Below, one piece after another: positions 63,638 to 64,000 of a stretch of DNA of 64,000 bases (the first letter of the stretch is position 1; every line of letters starts with the position of its first letter). This DNA comes from Patescibacteria group bacterium (lineage in GTDB: Bacteria > Pseudomonadota > Alphaproteobacteria > Micavibrionales > UBA2020): assembly GCA_035626855.1 (NCBI GenBank), contig DASPMW010000128.1, positions 1,574 to 65,573 of the forward strand, read 5' to 3'. Under the pieces are notes generated by a model. That model did not search any database, had not been told where the DNA came from, and worked only from the letters and a program-made list of their open reading frames with translations. The position numbers were made by a program, and so were the translations under genes.

Positions 63638-64000
63638 TTTTCCCGACAGCCACCGGAAATTTGCCGAATAGCAAACTCAGCTCGCTGAACTGCGCAGACG
63701 TTAGCGTTTCTTCTGCCAATTGGTCCTCCACGGCCTGATCCCCCCCGATGACCAGATTCGTTCCGGCCCAACCATCCCGGCGCGCGAGCCTTTCATCCCA
63801 ATCATAACGCCCAGCAAACCGCGGAACCGCAACGATGAGACTGACGCCGCCGCCGTCCAGCCGAAGCGCGACAACACTGTCGGCATCGGGGCCTTCGACT
63901 TCCACTTTGGAAATCCTCAGATCCGCGCAGCCAAACGGCGACTCCCGCCGCAGCGCCAACAGCTTGCGAGTCAATGCAAGCTTGACGGCGCCGGTATGCC
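63630..64000 (-). CDS. C-terminal part of a larger protein running off the right edge (possibly malto-oligosyltrehalose synthase-like)
   Basis: The reading frame is open to the window end (...HTGAVKLALTRKLLALRRESPF...). The tail pattern KL.L...LLALRR..P.F...Y.......GPDADSVVAL.R......LIVAVPR resembles TreY C-termini as I recall them; this is a weak assignment. Confidence 0.35.
   Translation of the reverse strand, partial: HTGAVKLALTRKLLALRRESPFGCADLRISKVEVEGPDADSVVALRLDGGGVSLIVAVPRFAGRYDWDERLARRDGWAGTNLVIGGDQAVEDQLAEETLTSAQFSELSLLFGKFPVAVGKIS

Overview
High-GC chromosomal segment (GC judged by eye, not computed). Gene content suggests an alphaproteobacterium: a fused trpE(G), the PuuD/PuuE ureide pathway, and GGAAC..CGTT-type stress promoters. 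That assignment is inference. I support about 56 protein-coding genes, all dense, with many 1-10 nt overlaps. Left to right: (1) guaB, an AT-rich orphan ORF, and guaA. (2) An M48 metallopeptidase translationally coupled to an unknown membrane protein. (3) A GH43-like gene, galU, and a large flotillin/SPFH protein with a triple internal repeat. (4) A purine/ureide catabolism region (hiuH ... aceB, puuD, puuE, uraD, an allantoicase-like gene, allA), interrupted by a Tat-exported FAD oxidase, a 7-TM protein, an MFS transporter and a FecR-domain gene. (5) A 1970-aa thioester alpha-2-macroglobulin. (6) A complete trpE(G)-D-C-F-B-A operon preceded by a tandem-Trp leader peptide and attenuator hairpin, and followed by cupin and ROK-kinase genes. 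(7) An ABC exporter, a lipoprotein, a flavoprotein, an ABC-F ATPase, a TrmH methyltransferase, and ppc-proA-proB. (8) A four-gene operon in which only the TelA-family gene is recognisable. This is my best candidate for an undescribed system. (9) A stress island holding Gly-zipper lipoprotein, EF-hand, PRC-barrel, CsbD, DUF883, YqjE-like and DUF1328 genes, plus an ECF sigma factor, an OmpR-type response regulator and a CHASE3-like hybrid kinase. Several ECF-type GGAAC-N16/17-xGTT promoter matches lie in front of these genes. Three families of palindromic extragenic repeats sit at gene ends, including a 210-bp tandem array. I recognised no rRNA, tRNA, CRISPR array, transposase or integrase. All homology statements are recognition of motifs by eye in the supplied translations. 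No database search was run.
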